Source: Pseudomonadota bacterium
GTDB taxonomy: Bacteria > Pseudomonadota > Gammaproteobacteria > Burkholderiales > Burkholderiaceae_C
NCBI GenBank assembly: GCA_041170945.1
Contig: JBEDMU010000149.1
Location: 1-55,548, forward strand
Direction of reading: 5' to 3'
Length of the DNA stretch: 55,548 nt
Shown here: one piece after another, positions 1 to 14,353 of the stretch
Numbering within the stretch: the stretch's first letter is position 1
Layout of the letters: every line of letters starts with the position of its first letter
The notes under the pieces: generated by a model
What the model was told of the DNA's origin: nothing
The model's input: only the letters and a program-made list of their open reading frames with translations
Database searches by the model: none
Translations under genes and position numbers: made by a program

Positions 1-561
1 AGCGGAAAGATTTTGTTGGGCGCCCACTTCATGGGCTTGGATGCAGCTTGGACGGGATTGAACGCCTGGTTTCCGCAGCGTGTGTTCATTGGCATGAAGA
101 CCCTCACGGGCAAACCAGGCATGGACAACTGGATCAACCAAGGTCGAACTCGGTGGGGGCGGCCACTGGCATTGCTCAGACATGGCACCACTCGAACCAT
201 CATTCAGAGTTTGCGCGATGGCGGAATTTTGTATTTGCTGCCCGACATGGATTTGGGAAAACAGGGCACAGTCTTTGCCCCATTTTTTGGGGTTCCTGCG
301 GCGTGCGTGACATCGCCCACCCGCATGGCTCAATCGGGTCATGTATCGTTGATTCCCATCGTCACGCGCATGACCTGTCGCGGTTATGAAGTGTCGATTG
401 GTAACCCATGGAGCGCGATGCCTACCGAAGACGCAGAGCAAGACGTGAGGACTTACTACTCTTGGTTAGAGCAGGAAATATTGAAAAATCCTGCTGAATA
501 TTACTGGGTACACAAACGCTTCAAGACCCGGCCCGAAGGCGAGGAGTCGCTTTATGAGTGA
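1..561 (+). CDS. Lipid A biosynthesis (lauroyl/myristoyl) acyltransferase, LpxL/HtrB family, 5'-truncated by window edge
   Basis: Frame open from base 1; HxxxxD motif (AHFMGLD), LLPDMD-x-G, FAPFFG and the C-terminal PAEYYWVHKRFKTRP signature. Confidence 0.9.
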   Translation, partial: SGKILLGAHFMGLDAAWTGLNAWFPQRVFIGMKTLTGKPGMDNWINQGRTRWGRPLALLRHGTTRTIIQSLRDGGILYLLPDMDLGKQGTVFAPFFGVPAACVTSPTRMAQSGHVSLIPIVTRMTCRGYEVSIGNPWSAMPTEDAEQDVRTYYSWLEQEILKNPAEYYWVHKRFKTRPEGEESLYE

Positions 562-1159
562 CACCACACCCGCATCACCCCGTTGGAAGCGTTGGTTGAA
601 ATCGAGTTTGCAAACCTTGGGTTTGATGTTGGTGGTGGTGTGGGTGGTGCAAACCTGGCAAACGCGCCATGTGGCAGACCGCATCAACATGCAGCAAAGT
701 TGGCAATGGGTAGACGGCCGTCAAGCACCAATGGTTTCTGATGGATCGTCTTCGCAAGTCCTACAAAATCGAGTGGGCGCTATCACCTTGCAAGAGTGGA
801 TGACCGCTCATGCTTCAGGTCAGCCAGTGCTGCTTCATGTGTGGGCCGAGTGGTGTCCCATATGCAAAATCGATGCGCCCATGGTGGACGATTTGGTGAG
901 CAGTTCAATGCCCGTACTGACCGTTGCCATGCGTTCGGGAGATGCAGCACGCGTTCAACGTGTCATGCAACAAAAAGGTTTGCATTGGCCAGTCATCATC
1001 GACCCCAGTGGTGAGATGTCGCAGGCATTGGGTTTGGGCGGAGTGCCTGCTTATGTCGTCATCACGCCCGATGGTAGGGTCCATCATCCCACCATGGGCG
1101 CCACCACCCGCTTGGGGTTGTGGCTGCGTTGGTGGGCCGTGCGTTTGTTTTCAGCCTGA
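554..1159 (+). CDS. Membrane-anchored TlpA/ScsD-like thioredoxin-fold disulfide oxidoreductase
   Basis: N-terminal TM helix, WAEWCPICK (CxxC) active site, GGVP cis-Pro loop; start overlaps upstream stop (ATGAGTGA). Confidence 0.85.
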   Translation: MSDTTPASPRWKRWLKSSLQTLGLMLVVVWVVQTWQTRHVADRINMQQSWQWVDGRQAPMVSDGSSSQVLQNRVGAITLQEWMTAHASGQPVLLHVWAEWCPICKIDAPMVDDLVSSSMPVLTVAMRSGDAARVQRVMQQKGLHWPVIIDPSGEMSQALGLGGVPAYVVITPDGRVHHPTMGATTRLGLWLRWWAVRLFSA

Positions 1160-3718
<2,559 letters not shown>

Positions 3719-3763
3719 TCATGCCACGAATGGCGTGGGCAGTGTTTGGTGAAACACGTTGGC

Positions 3764-4870
3764 TCAGATACGCATGGGCATGACCACATACTTGAAGTCA
3801 TCAGAATCTGGCAACGAGAACAACGCAGAGCTGTTGCCATCGGCCAATTGCACGCGAACCATGTCTTGTGTCATGTTGCCCAACACATCGATGAGATACG
3901 TGACGTTGAAACCAATTTCAATGGGATCGCCGTTGTATTCAACGTCGAGTTCATCGGAGGCCTCTTCTTGTTCGGCGTTGCTGGCGCTTAAACGCAAGGT
4001 GCCCGCATCGAGGTTGATGCGCACCCCTTTGAACTTGTCGGTGGTCATGATGGCGGTGCGTTGCAGCGCTGACATCAAGGCCTGACGTCCCAGGCTCAAG
4101 GTATGGGGATGGTTGCGCGGAATCACGCGGTTGTAATCAGGGAACTTGCCTTCGACGAGTTTGGTGACAAACTCCATATCCCCCAACGTGAAGCGAGCTT
4201 GGTTGGTGGCGAACTGCATGTCAATGAGTTCGTCGCCATCGCTGAGCAGGCGTTGCAACTCAAGCACTGTTTTGCGAGGCAGGATGACTTCTTGCTTGGG
4301 GACTTCGGTGTCGAGGGTGGCACTGGCAAGTGCCAAGCGATGGCCGTCGGTTGCGACCAGGGTCAGACGCTTGCCTTCGGCCACAAACAAAATGCCGTTT
4401 AAATAGTAACGAATGTCGTGGACAGCCATGGCAAACCCGACTTGGTTCATCAAGCGCTTGAGTGTTTTTTGGGGCACTTGAAATGAAGGGCCCATGGCGG
4501 CGGCTTGTTGCACCAATGGAAAATCGGCAGCGGGAAGGCTTTGCAGCGAGAAGCGGCTTTTGCCGCCTTTGAGCAACCATTTGCCTGCATTGGATTCGAG
4601 ACTGACCGAGGTATCGGCAGGCAATGTGCGAAGAATGTCGATCAGTTTGCGAGCGCCCAATGTGATGGCGACATCGCCGCTGTCACCGCCCAAGTCGGTG
4701 TGGGTGCGAATTTGGATTTCAAGGTCGCTGGTGGTGAGCTCGATGCGCTCGCCAGTTTTGCGAATCAGCACATTGGCCAAGATAGGCAGGGTGTGGCGCC
4801 GTTCGACAATTCCCGCTACGGCTTGCAACGCAGACAGAACTTGTTCTTGGGTGGACTTGAATACGATCAT
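3764..4870 (-). CDS. dnaN: DNA polymerase III beta sliding clamp
   Basis: ERRHTLPILANVL, VATDGHRL, GKFPDY, YVVMPMRI; lies between dnaA and gyrB. Confidence 0.99.
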   Translation of the reverse strand: MIVFKSTQEQVLSALQAVAGIVERRHTLPILANVLIRKTGERIELTTSDLEIQIRTHTDLGGDSGDVAITLGARKLIDILRTLPADTSVSLESNAGKWLLKGGKSRFSLQSLPAADFPLVQQAAAMGPSFQVPQKTLKRLMNQVGFAMAVHDIRYYLNGILFVAEGKRLTLVATDGHRLALASATLDTEVPKQEVILPRKTVLELQRLLSDGDELIDMQFATNQARFTLGDMEFVTKLVEGKFPDYNRVIPRNHPHTLSLGRQALMSALQRTAIMTTDKFKGVRINLDAGTLRLSASNAEQEEASDELDVEYNGDPIEIGFNVTYLIDVLGNMTQDMVRVQLADGNSSALFSLPDSDDFKYVVMPMRI

Positions 4871-4967
4871 GAGGACATCCTTTGATGCTGAATCGGCACG
4901 AAAAACCCCCTCCCCCTAAAGGGAGCGATATGCATGACATTTTCGCAGGAAAAACGGGGCTTTGAGC

Positions 4968-6362
4968 TCAACCTTTGAGGGTTTGTTCGAGAACGTGCAG
5001 TTGTTGGTTCAGTTCGGTTTGTTGTGAGCGCTCGTCAGCAATTTTTCGCACCGCGTGAAGAACCGTGGTGTGATCGCGGCCCCCAAACATCTCGCCAATT
5101 TCGGGTAGGCTCTTGCGGGTGAGTTCTTTGGCCAAATACATGGCAATTTGACGCGGCCTGGCAATATTGGCGGGCCGCTTTTTGGAATACATATCGGCGA
5201 CCTTGATTTTGTAAAAATCGGCCACGGTTTTTTGGATGTTTTCAACCGAGATCTGTCGGTTTTGAATGGAGAGCAAGTCGCGCAGGGCTTCGCGTGCCAA
5301 CTGGATGGTGATCTCCTTTTGGTTGAAGCGCGAATAAGCCAATATTTTGCGCAAAGCCCCTTCAAGTTCGCGCACGTTGGAACGCACGTTTTTGGCAACA
5401 AAAAAGGCCACGTCTTCCGGCATGACGGTCGACTCGCTGGCAGCCTTGTTAATGAGAATGGCCACTCGCATTTCAAGTTCGGGGGGTTCAATCGCCACCG
5501 TCAGCCCTGAATCAAAGCGCGAAACCAGTCGCTCGTGGATGTCGGTGAGGCCTTTGGGATAGGTGTCGCTGGTGAGAACAATATGAGACTTTTTGGCCAG
5601 CAACGCCTCAAATGCGTTGAAGAATTCTTCTTGGGTACGGTCTTTGTTGGCAAAAAACTGAACGTCATCGATGAGCAATAAATCGAGCGAGTGGTAGCGA
5701 TGTTTGAATTCATCAAATGCCTTGCGCTGATATGCTTTGACCACATCGGACACAAATTGCTCGGCGTGGATGTAGAGAACTTTGGCTTCAGGGCGTTCGG
5801 CCAACAAATGATTGCCGATGGCGTGCATCAAATGGGTTTTGCCTAGGCCCACTCCACCATAAATGAAGAGGGGGTTGTAAAGCTGCCCCAATCGACCCGC
5901 CACATGAATGGCGGCAGCCCTGGCCATGCGGTTGGCCGACCCCTCAACCAAGGTTTCGAACGTCAGGGCAGGATTGAGTCGGCTTTTGTGTTCGCTGCTT
6001 GCCGCGGGCTCTGCGATAGGCGAATCTGGCAACTCACGCAAAATGTCAGCCACCTGAGTTCGATTGACAGGTGCTTGTTTGGCAACGTTTGCCTTGGAAG
6101 TAATTGCTAACTCCAATTTGACGGGGGCGGGCGAGCATTCGTCGAGTGCGGCTTGGATGCGGGCGCCATACTGGGCGCGAATCCAGTCGAGTTTGAAGCG
6201 GTTGGCCACCTCGAGAACCAGGGTGGCGTTGTCGTTTTGGTAGGTGGCTACCAAAGGCCGAATCCAGGTTTGAAACTGTTGCTCAGGTATTGACAGAGCC
6301 AGTTTGTCGCAGCACTGTGACCACAGATGGGTGGTGTCCAGCTCGATAGTGGAGGGAGGCAT
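4968..6362 (-). CDS. dnaA: Chromosomal replication initiator DnaA
   Basis: [17 protein letters not shown] Walker A, LLIDDVQF Walker [16 protein letters not shown]-binding motif. Confidence 0.99.
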   Translation of the reverse strand: MPPSTIELDTTHLWSQCCDKLALSIPEQQFQTWIRPLVATYQNDNATLVLEVANRFKLDWIRAQYGARIQAALDECSPAPVKLELAITSKANVAKQAPVNRTQVADILRELPDSPIAEPAASSEHKSRLNPALTFETLVEGSANRMARAAAIHVAGRLGQLYNPLFIYGGVGLGKTHLMHAIGNHLLAERPEAKVLYIHAEQFVSDVVKAYQRKAFDEFKHRYHSLDLLLIDDVQFFANKDRTQEEFFNAFEALLAKKSHIVLTSDTYPKGLTDIHERLVSRFDSGLTVAIEPPELEMRVAILINKAASESTVMPEDVAFFVAKNVRSNVRELEGALRKILAYSRFNQKEITIQLAREALRDLLSIQNRQISVENIQKTVADFYKIKVADMYSKKRPANIARPRQIAMYLAKELTRKSLPEIGEMFGGRDHTTVLHAVRKIADERSQQTELNQQLHVLEQTLKG

Positions 6363-6378
6363 AAAGACCGATTTATTC

Positions 6379-6536
6379 TGTGGATATGTATGGTTTACTG
6401 GGGATTGATTCTAGCTCTAAATTTAAGTTATCCACAGAACAGGGCATGAGAATTTGTCCGCTTGACAAGCTCAAATCCATGGCGTAATAGACCGAGACAA
6501 TCGATCAAAAAACAAGGTTGAAAGCGATTTCCCACA
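6379..6536. promoter_or_regulatory. DnaA boxes in the dnaA-rpmH intergenic region
   Basis: Perfect TTATCCACA at 6428-6436; one-mismatch boxes TGTGGATAT (6379-6387) and TTTCCCACA (6528-6536). Confidence 0.75.
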
Positions 6537-6542
6537 AATAGC

Positions 6543-6572
6543 TTGCCCAATAGGGCCAGTATTTGCGATAAT
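6543..6572 (+). promoter_or_regulatory. Putative sigma70 promoter of the rpmH operon
   Basis: TTGCCC-N18-GATAAT with extended -10 TGn, about 40 nt upstream of the rpmH ATG. Confidence 0.5.
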
Positions 6573-6611
6573 CTAAAGTTTTCGTCTCATCAGACTGCAG
6601 CTGAAATCATC

Positions 6612-6746
6612 ATGAAACGTACATATCAACCTTCTAAAACTCGCCGCGCTCGCACCCACGGATTTTTGGTGCGCATGAAAACCCGAGGCGGTCGCGCCGT
6701 GATTCGCGCACGTCGCGCCAAAGGCCGCAAGCGTTTGGGTCTGTGA
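6612..6746 (+). CDS. rpmH: 50S ribosomal protein L34
   Basis: [42 protein letters not shown]; true ATG at 6612 (ORF track over-extends it). Confidence 0.99.
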   Translation: MKRTYQPSKTRRARTHGFLVRMKTRGGRAVIRARRAKGRKRLGL

Positions 6747-6765
6747 TTCAGGGCTGACATCTTTG

Positions 6766-7221
6766 ATGCTCGTGGCGATCGAACCCTCCTCGGGCTCGAA
6801 TCTGCCGGCGCCAGCCCCGCGCTGGGCACGCATGCAGCACAAAGATGAATTTGACTTGGTCATGTCGTCCAGACAACGTGTACGCACTTCTCATTTGGTC
6901 TTGCACGTGGCCTTAGACGATACCTCGATTCAAACCACCGGCCCCACACATCGGTTGGGTTTGGTGGTACCCAAGCGCTGGGCACGTCGCGCCGTCACCC
7001 GTAACGCCATTCGTCGACTTTCCTTGGTTGCATTTCAGCAAATATGGAAGCAGCTTCCTGCGGGAGGCTATGTTGTTCGTTTGGCCCATGCATGGGACCC
7101 CACTCATTACCCCAGTGCGTGGTCAAAGGCCCTCAGTCGATCGGTTCGTGCCGAAGTCAATGAATTGTTGCAAATGGCGGTTACCATGCCTTCTGCCATG
7201 AAAAATCGGAGACAAGCATGA
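6766..7221 (+). CDS. rnpA: Ribonuclease P protein component (start uncertain)
   Basis: RLGLVVPKRWARRAVTRNAIRR (RNR-type motif); canonical position after rpmH. Confidence 0.92.
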   Translation: MLVAIEPSSGSNLPAPAPRWARMQHKDEFDLVMSSRQRVRTSHLVLHVALDDTSIQTTGPTHRLGLVVPKRWARRAVTRNAIRRLSLVAFQQIWKQLPAGGYVVRLAHAWDPTHYPSAWSKALSRSVRAEVNELLQMAVTMPSAMKNRRQA

Positions 7222-7517
7222 GTTCATGGACTCAGTGGCCTGCTCGGTTGCTCATGGTCATCGTGAAAGCGTACCGTTTGTTGCTAAGCCCATGGCTGGG
7301 TAATCAATGTGGGTATGAGCCCACTTGTTCGCTTTATGCCTTGCAGGCACTTGAGCAGCATGGTGCGATTTGCGGTTCTTATTTGGCGGCACGGCGCATC
7401 ATTCGATGCAGGCCGGGTTGCCCAGGTGGGCACGATCCTGTGCCTGAACAGTGTTCTCGTTTGTTTGTCCGTAGCTCGTCATTGCGTTCTACGTCCACTG
7501 AAAAGAAGTCCTCATGA
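7218..7517 (+). CDS. yidD: Membrane protein insertion efficiency factor YidD
   Basis: Y..LLSP...C.YEPTCS.Y..AL..HG...G....RI.RC.P...GGHDPVP. Confidence 0.95.
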   Translation: MSSWTQWPARLLMVIVKAYRLLLSPWLGNQCGYEPTCSLYALQALEQHGAICGSYLAARRIIRCRPGCPGGHDPVPEQCSRLFVRSSSLRSTSTEKKSS

Positions 7518-9193
7518 GTGATTTTCGTCGTTCCTTGTTGTGGTTGGTGTTTGGTTTTTCCATCATCATGTTGTGGGATCGTTGGCAGGTCAGCCAAGGC
7601 AATGAGCCGTTGCTTTTTAGCGCTCCGCCAGCTTCAGAAGCCAAGAACAAATCAACCAATGGCGAAGTACCCAGCTCCTCGCTGGCCAATCAGCCAGCTG
7701 TGGTCGGTGACAACGCGGTGGTAGCAGCTCCCAAGCTCACGCATACGGTCAAAACCGATGTGTTGGAGTTGGTGTTTGATGCTGAAGGCGGCAATTTGAT
7801 TGGCGCCACCTTGCTTCAACATCCTGAGCAAACAGGTTTGAAGCCAGAAGCATTTAAGCCCATGGTGCTCATGCAAACAGGGGCTAACCGTTCGTACTCA
7901 GCTCAAACTGGACTCATTGGTGCGGGTCTGCCCAATCACAAAACACCCATGAAATGGGCGAACCCTGTGAGCAGCATGGCCGATGGTCAAGACACATTGA
8001 CTGTGCGCTTTGAGACAGAGCCCACTGGCGGCGTGGTATTGGCCAAAACTTATGAGATCAAGCGTGGCAGTTACCTCATTAATGTCAGCCAAGAAGTGCG
8101 CAATGTGAGCCAGCAGGCGGTTCAAGCACAAGCCTATGTCCAATTGGTACGTGACGCGGGCCAAGTCGGCAACGAAACGCCGTTCTACGAGACCTTTACC
8201 GGGCCAGCGGTTTACACCGAAGAAAAGAAATTTCAGAAGGTGGCGTTTGAAGACATCACCAAGAAGAAAGCAGAGTTTGTCAGCCAAACCTCCGATGGCT
8301 ACATTGCCATGGTGCAGCATTACTTCACCACTGCATGGATACTGCCTCAAGGCACTTCGCGCGAAAACTTTGCGCGTGAGCTGGGCAACGGGTTGTTCTC
8401 TGTGGGCAGCATCGTTCCTTTGAATGAACTGGCGCCTGGTCAAACACAAAAACAAGCGGCTCAGTTGTTTGTGGGGCCACAAGAAGAGCGTTTGTTGGAA
8501 GCGGTTTATCCTGGGCTTGAATTGGTCAAAGATTACGGCTGGGTCACGATTTTGGCCAAGCCTCTTTATTGGTTGCTAGAGCAAATTCACAAGCTTGTGG
8601 GCAACTGGGGTTGGGCCATTATTTTGTTGGTGGTGCTCATCAAAGCAGCGTTTTATTGGCTGAACGCCTCGGCTTATCGCAGCATGGCCAAAATGAAGGC
8701 GGTCAACCCTCGCATTCAAGAAATGCGCGAGCGCATGAAAGACAATCCGCAACAAATGCAGGTTGAGATGATGCGCATTTACCGTGAAGAGAAGATCAAT
8801 CCTTTGGGTGGTTGCTTCCCGATTTTGATTCAGATTCCGGTGTTTATTGCGCTGTACTGGGTGCTGTTGTCCAGCGTTGAAATGCGCAACGCACCTTGGG
8901 TGGGTTGGATCACAGACTTGTCAACCAAAGATCCCTATTACATTTTGCCGGTCATCATGACCATCACCACCATTTTCCAAACGGCACTCAATCCGTTGCC
9001 GCCCGATCCTTTGCAGGCGAAATTGATGTGGACCATGCCCTTGGTGTTCTCGGTGATGTTCTTCTTTTTCCCGGCAGGTTTGGTGCTGTACTGGATCACC
9101 AACAACGTCTTGACAGTTGCACAGCAGTGGCACATCAACCACCGCATGGGTGTCAAGCTCAAGCTTAATATTCCTGTATTCAAGCGCCAGTGA
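7514..9193 (+). CDS. yidC: Membrane protein insertase YidC
   Basis: [52 protein letters not shown]. Confidence 0.98.
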   Translation: MSDFRRSLLWLVFGFSIIMLWDRWQVSQGNEPLLFSAPPASEAKNKSTNGEVPSSSLANQPAVVGDNAVVAAPKLTHTVKTDVLELVFDAEGGNLIGATLLQHPEQTGLKPEAFKPMVLMQTGANRSYSAQTGLIGAGLPNHKTPMKWANPVSSMADGQDTLTVRFETEPTGGVVLAKTYEIKRGSYLINVSQEVRNVSQQAVQAQAYVQLVRDAGQVGNETPFYETFTGPAVYTEEKKFQKVAFEDITKKKAEFVSQTSDGYIAMVQHYFTTAWILPQGTSRENFARELGNGLFSVGSIVPLNELAPGQTQKQAAQLFVGPQEERLLEAVYPGLELVKDYGWVTILAKPLYWLLEQIHKLVGNWGWAIILLVVLIKAAFYWLNASAYRSMAKMKAVNPRIQEMRERMKDNPQQMQVEMMRIYREEKINPLGGCFPILIQIPVFIALYWVLLSSVEMRNAPWVGWITDLSTKDPYYILPVIMTITTIFQTALNPLPPDPLQAKLMWTMPLVFSVMFFFFPAGLVLYWITNNVLTVAQQWHINHRMGVKLKLNIPVFKRQ

Positions 9194-10569
9194 CGTTGCC
9201 ATCAGCCGTTCCCATTGCGGCCATCGCGACCGCTCCTGGTCGCGGGGCAGTGGGTGTGGTTCGCGTTTCGGGACAAGGGCTGAAGACGTGGGTGAGCCAT
9301 TTGTTGGGGCGCATGCCCACGCCCAGAATGGCCACCTTGATGCCATTTACAGATGCACAAGGCAAGGCGCTGGATCAAGGCTTGGCTCTTTGGTTTCCTG
9401 CCCCCCACTCTTATACCGGTGAGGATGTTTTGGAGCTGCAGGCACATGGTGGGCCTGTGGTGTTGCAGTTGCTGTTGGCGCGCTGCCTTGAGGTGGCTCA
9501 GTCGTTGCAAATGCCCATGCGATTGGCTCAGCCAGGTGAGTTTTCTCAGCGCGCGTTCTTAAACGACAAAATCGATTTGGCTCAGGCCGAAGCAGTGGCA
9601 GATTTGATCGATGCCAGCACCGAGGCAGCCGCCAAAGGAGCGGCCCGTTCGTTGATGGGGGAGTTTTCGCAACGAGTCGAGAGTTTGTTGCAAGCCTTGA
9701 TTCATTTGCGCATGTTGGTGGAAGCCACCTTGGATTTCCCTGACGAAGAAATTGATTTTTTGCAACGCGATGATGCACACGGTCAGTGGCAGCGACTGTC
9801 AGACCAGGTGACTTCGTTATTGGCCCATGCGCAGCAAGGCGCGTTGTTGCGCGAAGGCATGACGGTGGTCATTGCGGGACAGCCTAATGCGGGCAAGAGT
9901 TCGTTGCTGAATGCCTTGGCTGGTGCTGAACTTGCGATTGTCACCCCTATTGCGGGGACCACCCGTGACGTGGTCCAGCAAACGATTCAAATTCATGGCG
10001 TTCCCATTCATGTGTTGGATACAGCGGGGTTGCGTGAAAGCGACGACGTGGTCGAACGCATCGGAATAGACCGTGCCTGGCGTGAAATTGAAAAGGCGGA
10101 TGCGGTGCTGTTTTTGCACGACACCAGTCGCTGGAATGACGCTTTGGTGCGCGAATCTGACCATGCACTGTTGGCCCGTTTACCAACTCACTTGCCGGTG
10201 CTGCACGTGTGGAACAAGATCGATTTGGGTGAGCACGATCAGTTGCCTGCATCTTCTGATCACTTGCGCTTGTCGGCCAAAACCCACGAAGGTCTCGATC
10301 GATTGCGTGAGAGCCTGATGGCGATGGCGGGTTGGCAGCCAGGCGGTGAAGGTGTGCTCATGGCCAGACAAAGGCATGTCAAAGCATTACAGGTGGTCTC
10401 GACTCATTTGCAACAAGCGGGGCAATTCTTACAGCCCACAAATTTGCAACTGGATTTGCTGGCAGAAGAATTGCGATTGGCTCAAACGGCATTGGGCGAA
10501 ATCACCGGAACGATGACGGCGGACGATTTGCTGGGTGAGATCTTTTCGTCGTTTTGCATTGGAAAATAA
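9190..10569 (+). CDS. mnmE: tRNA modification GTPase MnmE (TrmE)
   Basis: [46 protein letters not shown]-terminal FCIGK. Confidence 0.99.
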   Translation: MTLPSAVPIAAIATAPGRGAVGVVRVSGQGLKTWVSHLLGRMPTPRMATLMPFTDAQGKALDQGLALWFPAPHSYTGEDVLELQAHGGPVVLQLLLARCLEVAQSLQMPMRLAQPGEFSQRAFLNDKIDLAQAEAVADLIDASTEAAAKGAARSLMGEFSQRVESLLQALIHLRMLVEATLDFPDEEIDFLQRDDAHGQWQRLSDQVTSLLAHAQQGALLREGMTVVIAGQPNAGKSSLLNALAGAELAIVTPIAGTTRDVVQQTIQIHGVPIHVLDTAGLRESDDVVERIGIDRAWREIEKADAVLFLHDTSRWNDALVRESDHALLARLPTHLPVLHVWNKIDLGEHDQLPASSDHLRLSAKTHEGLDRLRESLMAMAGWQPGGEGVLMARQRHVKALQVVSTHLQQAGQFLQPTNLQLDLLAEELRLAQTALGEITGTMTADDLLGEIFSSFCIGK

Positions 10570-10580
10570 GCGTAGCCCTT

Positions 10581-11789
10581 ATGTCAACTTGGTATCGCAC
10601 ATACGGACGTTGGGCTTTGCTATTAGGGTTTTTACAAGGTTTAAGCCCTTTTGCCATTGATATGTATTTGCCAGCCATGCCGTGGCTGGCACGTGATTTA
10701 CAAGCGCCGGTTGCTTCGGTACAAGCAAGTTTGATGGCGTTTATTGTTGCATTGGGAGTGGCACAGTGGGTGTATGGCCCGTTGTCTGATATGGTGGGCC
10801 GTCGAAAGCCTTTGTGGGTGGGGCTGACTTTGTATGTGGCCGGAAGTTTGGGCTGCGCCTGGGCCCCAGATATTGGTACCTTGGTCTTGATGCGTTTTGT
10901 GCAAGGTATAGGAGCTTGCGCGGTGGTGGTGATTCCACGCGCTGTGGTTCGTGACTTGCTCAGTGGTCACGAAGCCGCCAAATTGATGGCCCTGTTGATG
11001 TTGGTATTTAGCATCTCACCGATGTTGGCGCCTTATGTGGGCACTCTGGTGATGGAACCTTGGGGTTGGCGCGCCGCCTTTTGGGTCTTGATGTTGGCCG
11101 GTGTATTGGGGTTGTATTTGGTGGTGTTTCAGTTGAAAGAAACACACCCACCCTCAAGTCGCACACCTTTGTCTTGGATGGGAACGGTGCGTGCTTATCG
11201 CCAGGTGTTGGTGGATCGGCATTTTTGGGTGCCCGCACTGGTGGGCGCTTTTTCGTTTTCGGCTTTTCTCAATTACTTGGCTCATTCGGCTTTTGTTTTC
11301 ATGGACACCTATGGCTGGAGTGCAAAGGCATATAGCCTGGTGTTTGCCGTGAACGCTTTCTTTTTTATTGGGGGCGCGCAGGTAGGGCCGCGGTTGGCCA
11401 AGCGATTTGGGTTGTTGCCTCAAGCCCGTTGGGCAACGACTTTTTTTATGGGCGTGGCGGTGTTGCACGCAGGGTTACAAACATGGTTCAGCCTCACGCC
11501 TGAGGTTCTGGCGGTGGGACTGTGGTTGACATTTTTAGGCTTGGGACTGATATTGCCGGCGACCAGTGTGATGGCCATGGATGCGCAGCCGCGCTTAGCT
11601 GGAACCGCATCTTCGATGATGGGCAGCATGCAGTTTTTGCTTGGCGCCGCAATGGTGGGTGTGTTGAGCCTGTTGGGCAACAAAGGCATGTTGACCATGC
11701 TCTGGGGCATGGTCTTTTCGGCGGTCATGGCGTGGGCTTTGGCACGCTGGGTGTTGAAGGCGGCTGCGCCTGCGCCTGTGCGTCAATGA
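10581..11789 (+). CDS. Bcr/CflA (DHA1) family MFS multidrug efflux transporter
   Basis: IDMYLPA motif, [12 protein letters not shown] motif A, about 12 hydrophobic segments; ATG at 10581. Confidence 0.9.
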   Translation: MSTWYRTYGRWALLLGFLQGLSPFAIDMYLPAMPWLARDLQAPVASVQASLMAFIVALGVAQWVYGPLSDMVGRRKPLWVGLTLYVAGSLGCAWAPDIGTLVLMRFVQGIGACAVVVIPRAVVRDLLSGHEAAKLMALLMLVFSISPMLAPYVGTLVMEPWGWRAAFWVLMLAGVLGLYLVVFQLKETHPPSSRTPLSWMGTVRAYRQVLVDRHFWVPALVGAFSFSAFLNYLAHSAFVFMDTYGWSAKAYSLVFAVNAFFFIGGAQVGPRLAKRFGLLPQARWATTFFMGVAVLHAGLQTWFSLTPEVLAVGLWLTFLGLGLILPATSVMAMDAQPRLAGTASSMMGSMQFLLGAAMVGVLSLLGNKGMLTMLWGMVFSAVMAWALARWVLKAAAPAPVRQ

Positions 11790-12328
11790 CCCGAATAATC
11801 AACCAACGTCATCAACGCCAAACCTGAGTCGCGCAAGCGCTGCGAACCGCCCAATTCGGGCAAGTCCACAATGGCAGCTCCCTCAATCACGTGGGCGCCT
11901 AATTTTTCGAGCAAGCGTTTGCCAGCCATCATGGTGCCACCCGTGGCGATGAGGTCATCGATCAATACGACCCGATCTCCAGGTTTGACGGCATCGGTGT
12001 GCAATTCAACCGTGGCACTTCCATATTCAAGCTCATATGTTTCTTCAACTGTGGTGAAGGGCAGCTTGCCTTTCTTGCGGATAGGAACAAATCCAACACC
12101 TAGCTCGTAGGCCAATACCGAACCAATGATGAAGCCTCGCGCATCCAAACCGGCCACGACATCGGGGCGTTGGTGTGGCTCCATGTAGCGATGGACAAAC
12201 GCATCGATTAAAACGCGAAAAACCCTGGGGTTTTGCAGCAGAGGAGTGATGTCGCGAAATTGAACGCCGGGGGTGGGCCAATCGGGGACGGTTCGAATGT
12301 GTGCGCGCAAGTATTCGGTGGTGTTCAT
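11783..12328 (-). CDS. apt: Adenine phosphoribosyltransferase
   Basis: [49 protein letters not shown]. Confidence 0.98.
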   Translation of the reverse strand: MNTTEYLRAHIRTVPDWPTPGVQFRDITPLLQNPRVFRVLIDAFVHRYMEPHQRPDVVAGLDARGFIIGSVLAYELGVGFVPIRKKGKLPFTTVEETYELEYGSATVELHTDAVKPGDRVVLIDDLIATGGTMMAGKRLLEKLGAHVIEGAAIVDLPELGGSQRLRDSGLALMTLVDYSGH

Positions 12329-14319
12329 GAGAGGCGTCCTTTGAGAAGCAGCTGATGGGCTTGTGCCATGCCTTCGGGTGTAGAGCTAATGACCAGCACG
12401 TCTGCAGCTTGTAGCAAAGTGTTGGAGTGGAGATCGCCAATTTGACGGCCATCACGACGGATGGCAACGATACGAAAAATGGGGCTGTATACGTCAAAGT
12501 CAGCCAAGCGCAGACCTACAGCGTGTGCGTTATCTTGAAGGATGAGCGTTTGCAGGCGCTCGGCGTCGGCATCATCGGGCTCGTCTTCTTCTCGACTATG
12601 AAAGTAGCCACGCAGCAAACCATAACGTGCTTCGCGTTGTTCTTGCACCCGTCGAATCACGCGACGCATGGGCACGCCCACCATGGCCAGCGCGTGAGAA
12701 GCCAACATCAGGCTACCTTCAATGGCTTCGGGAACAACGGCGGTGGCACCTGCCTCGATAAGCCGATTCATGTCTTTTTCGCCGATGGTGCGAACCATGA
12801 TGGGTACATGCGGAGCCAATTGCCGCACCAGGGCCAGGACCTTGAGTGCAGAGGGTACCGAAGGGTGTGTGATGACCACGGCACTGGCGCGCGAGACCCC
12901 AGCTGCAACCAAGGCTTGTTGCTTGGTGGCATCGCCAAACACAACCGGATAGCCAGCCGCTGCAGACTGCTGAACGATGTCGGGGTCAGTATCCATGGCC
13001 ATGAAGGGGATGTTTTCGGCTTGCAGCATGCGCGCCAAGTTTTGGCCGCTTCGACCATAGCCACAGATCACCACGTGATTTTGGGTGCCCAAGGTTTTGC
13101 GGGCGATAGCCGTCATTTGAACCGATTGCATGAGCCAATCGTTCGAGGCTAAACGGGAAACAAACCATTCGTTGTGCTCGATCACAAACGGGGTGGCAAT
13201 CATGGACAAAATCATGGACGCCAAAATGGGGTTCAGCAACTCAGCAGGAACCAGGCCGCGATCGAAGGCCAACATCAGCAGCACCAATCCAAATTCGCCC
13301 GCTTGGGTGAGAAACAAACCAGTGCGCAATGAGGTGCCCATCGCACCACCCCAGGCCCGCGTGAGACCGGTGATGACCATCGCCTTGAAAAGCAGTGGCA
13401 AGGTGGTGAGGAGCAAAACCAAAGGCCAGCGCTCGATCACAATGCGCCAATCGAGCATCATGCCGATGGTGATAAAAAACAGACCCAACAACACATCATG
13501 AAAGGGACGGATGTCTACTTCCACTTGGTGCTTGTAAGGGGTTTCGGAGATGAGCATGCCGGCCACAAAAGCACCTAATGCCAACGACAGTCCCATGTGT
13601 TCGGTTAACCAAGCCAGACCTAGGCTGATCAGCAACAGGTTGAGCATGAAAAGCTCTTCGCTTTTGCGTCGCACCACCATGCTCAACCACCAACGCAGCA
13701 GGTGTCTGCCGCCTACAAACAGCAGCAACAGCAGCAATGCACCTTTGAACAAGGCCCATCCCATGGCGCCCCACAAGTCGTGGCCAGGAGAGGCCAATGC
13801 AGGAATCAGGACCAAGAGCGGCACAACCGCCAAATCTTGAAACAGCAAAATGCCGGTGACTCGTTTGCCATGCTCTGTTTCAAGTTCAAGACGATCGGAC
13901 ATGATTTTCATGACCACGGCCGTGCTGCTCATGGCCATGACGCTGCCCAAGGCCAATGCCGTTTGCCATTCCATGTGCCACCATTGAGGCAATGCCCAGC
14001 TCAGAGCCAAAGAGCCGATGGTGGCCAACAACATGGTCAGCAACACTTGTGTGAGACCGAGGCCAAAAACGTGACGCCCCATGCGCTTGAGTTGAGGCAA
14101 GCTAAATTCAAGCCCAATCAGAAACATCAAGAACACAACGCCAAACTCGGCCAGGTAACGCACCCCCTCGCTGTTGTTAACCAAGGCCAAGGCGTTGGGA
14201 CCAATGAGGACGCCAATGACCAGGTAACCCAAGACCGGAGGGAGTTTGAGCGTGCGACAGCCCACCACGCCCAGCACGGCAGCCAACAGATAGACCAGCA
14301 CCAACTCCAAGGAATTCAT
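12325..14319 (-). CDS. CPA2 monovalent cation:proton antiporter (KefB/KefC-like) with TrkA-N and TrkA-C domains
   Basis: [37 protein letters not shown] Rossmann motif, C-terminal RCK-C-like region. Confidence 0.9.
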   Translation of the reverse strand: MNSLELVLVYLLAAVLGVVGCRTLKLPPVLGYLVIGVLIGPNALALVNNSEGVRYLAEFGVVFLMFLIGLEFSLPQLKRMGRHVFGLGLTQVLLTMLLATIGSLALSWALPQWWHMEWQTALALGSVMAMSSTAVVMKIMSDRLELETEHGKRVTGILLFQDLAVVPLLVLIPALASPGHDLWGAMGWALFKGALLLLLLFVGGRHLLRWWLSMVVRRKSEELFMLNLLLISLGLAWLTEHMGLSLALGAFVAGMLISETPYKHQVEVDIRPFHDVLLGLFFITIGMMLDWRIVIERWPLVLLLTTLPLLFKAMVITGLTRAWGGAMGTSLRTGLFLTQAGEFGLVLLMLAFDRGLVPAELLNPILASMILSMIATPFVIEHNEWFVSRLASNDWLMQSVQMTAIARKTLGTQNHVVICGYGRSGQNLARMLQAENIPFMAMDTDPDIVQQSAAAGYPVVFGDATKQQALVAAGVSRASAVVITHPSVPSALKVLALVRQLAPHVPIMVRTIGEKDMNRLIEAGATAVVPEAIEGSLMLASHALAMVGVPMRRVIRRVQEQREARYGLLRGYFHSREEDEPDDADAERLQTLILQDNAHAVGLRLADFDVYSPIFRIVAIRRDGRQIGDLHSNTLLQAADVLVISSTPEGMAQAHQLLLKGRLS

Positions 14320-14353
14320 GGTGTCATATTAACCAATTGGCGATAATGTGCAG

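Noticed and set aside
10550-10600. 3' end of mnmE as a genomic-island integration site
   Set aside because: No integrase, duplicated att sequence or compositional shift seen; the MFS gene follows after 11 bp.
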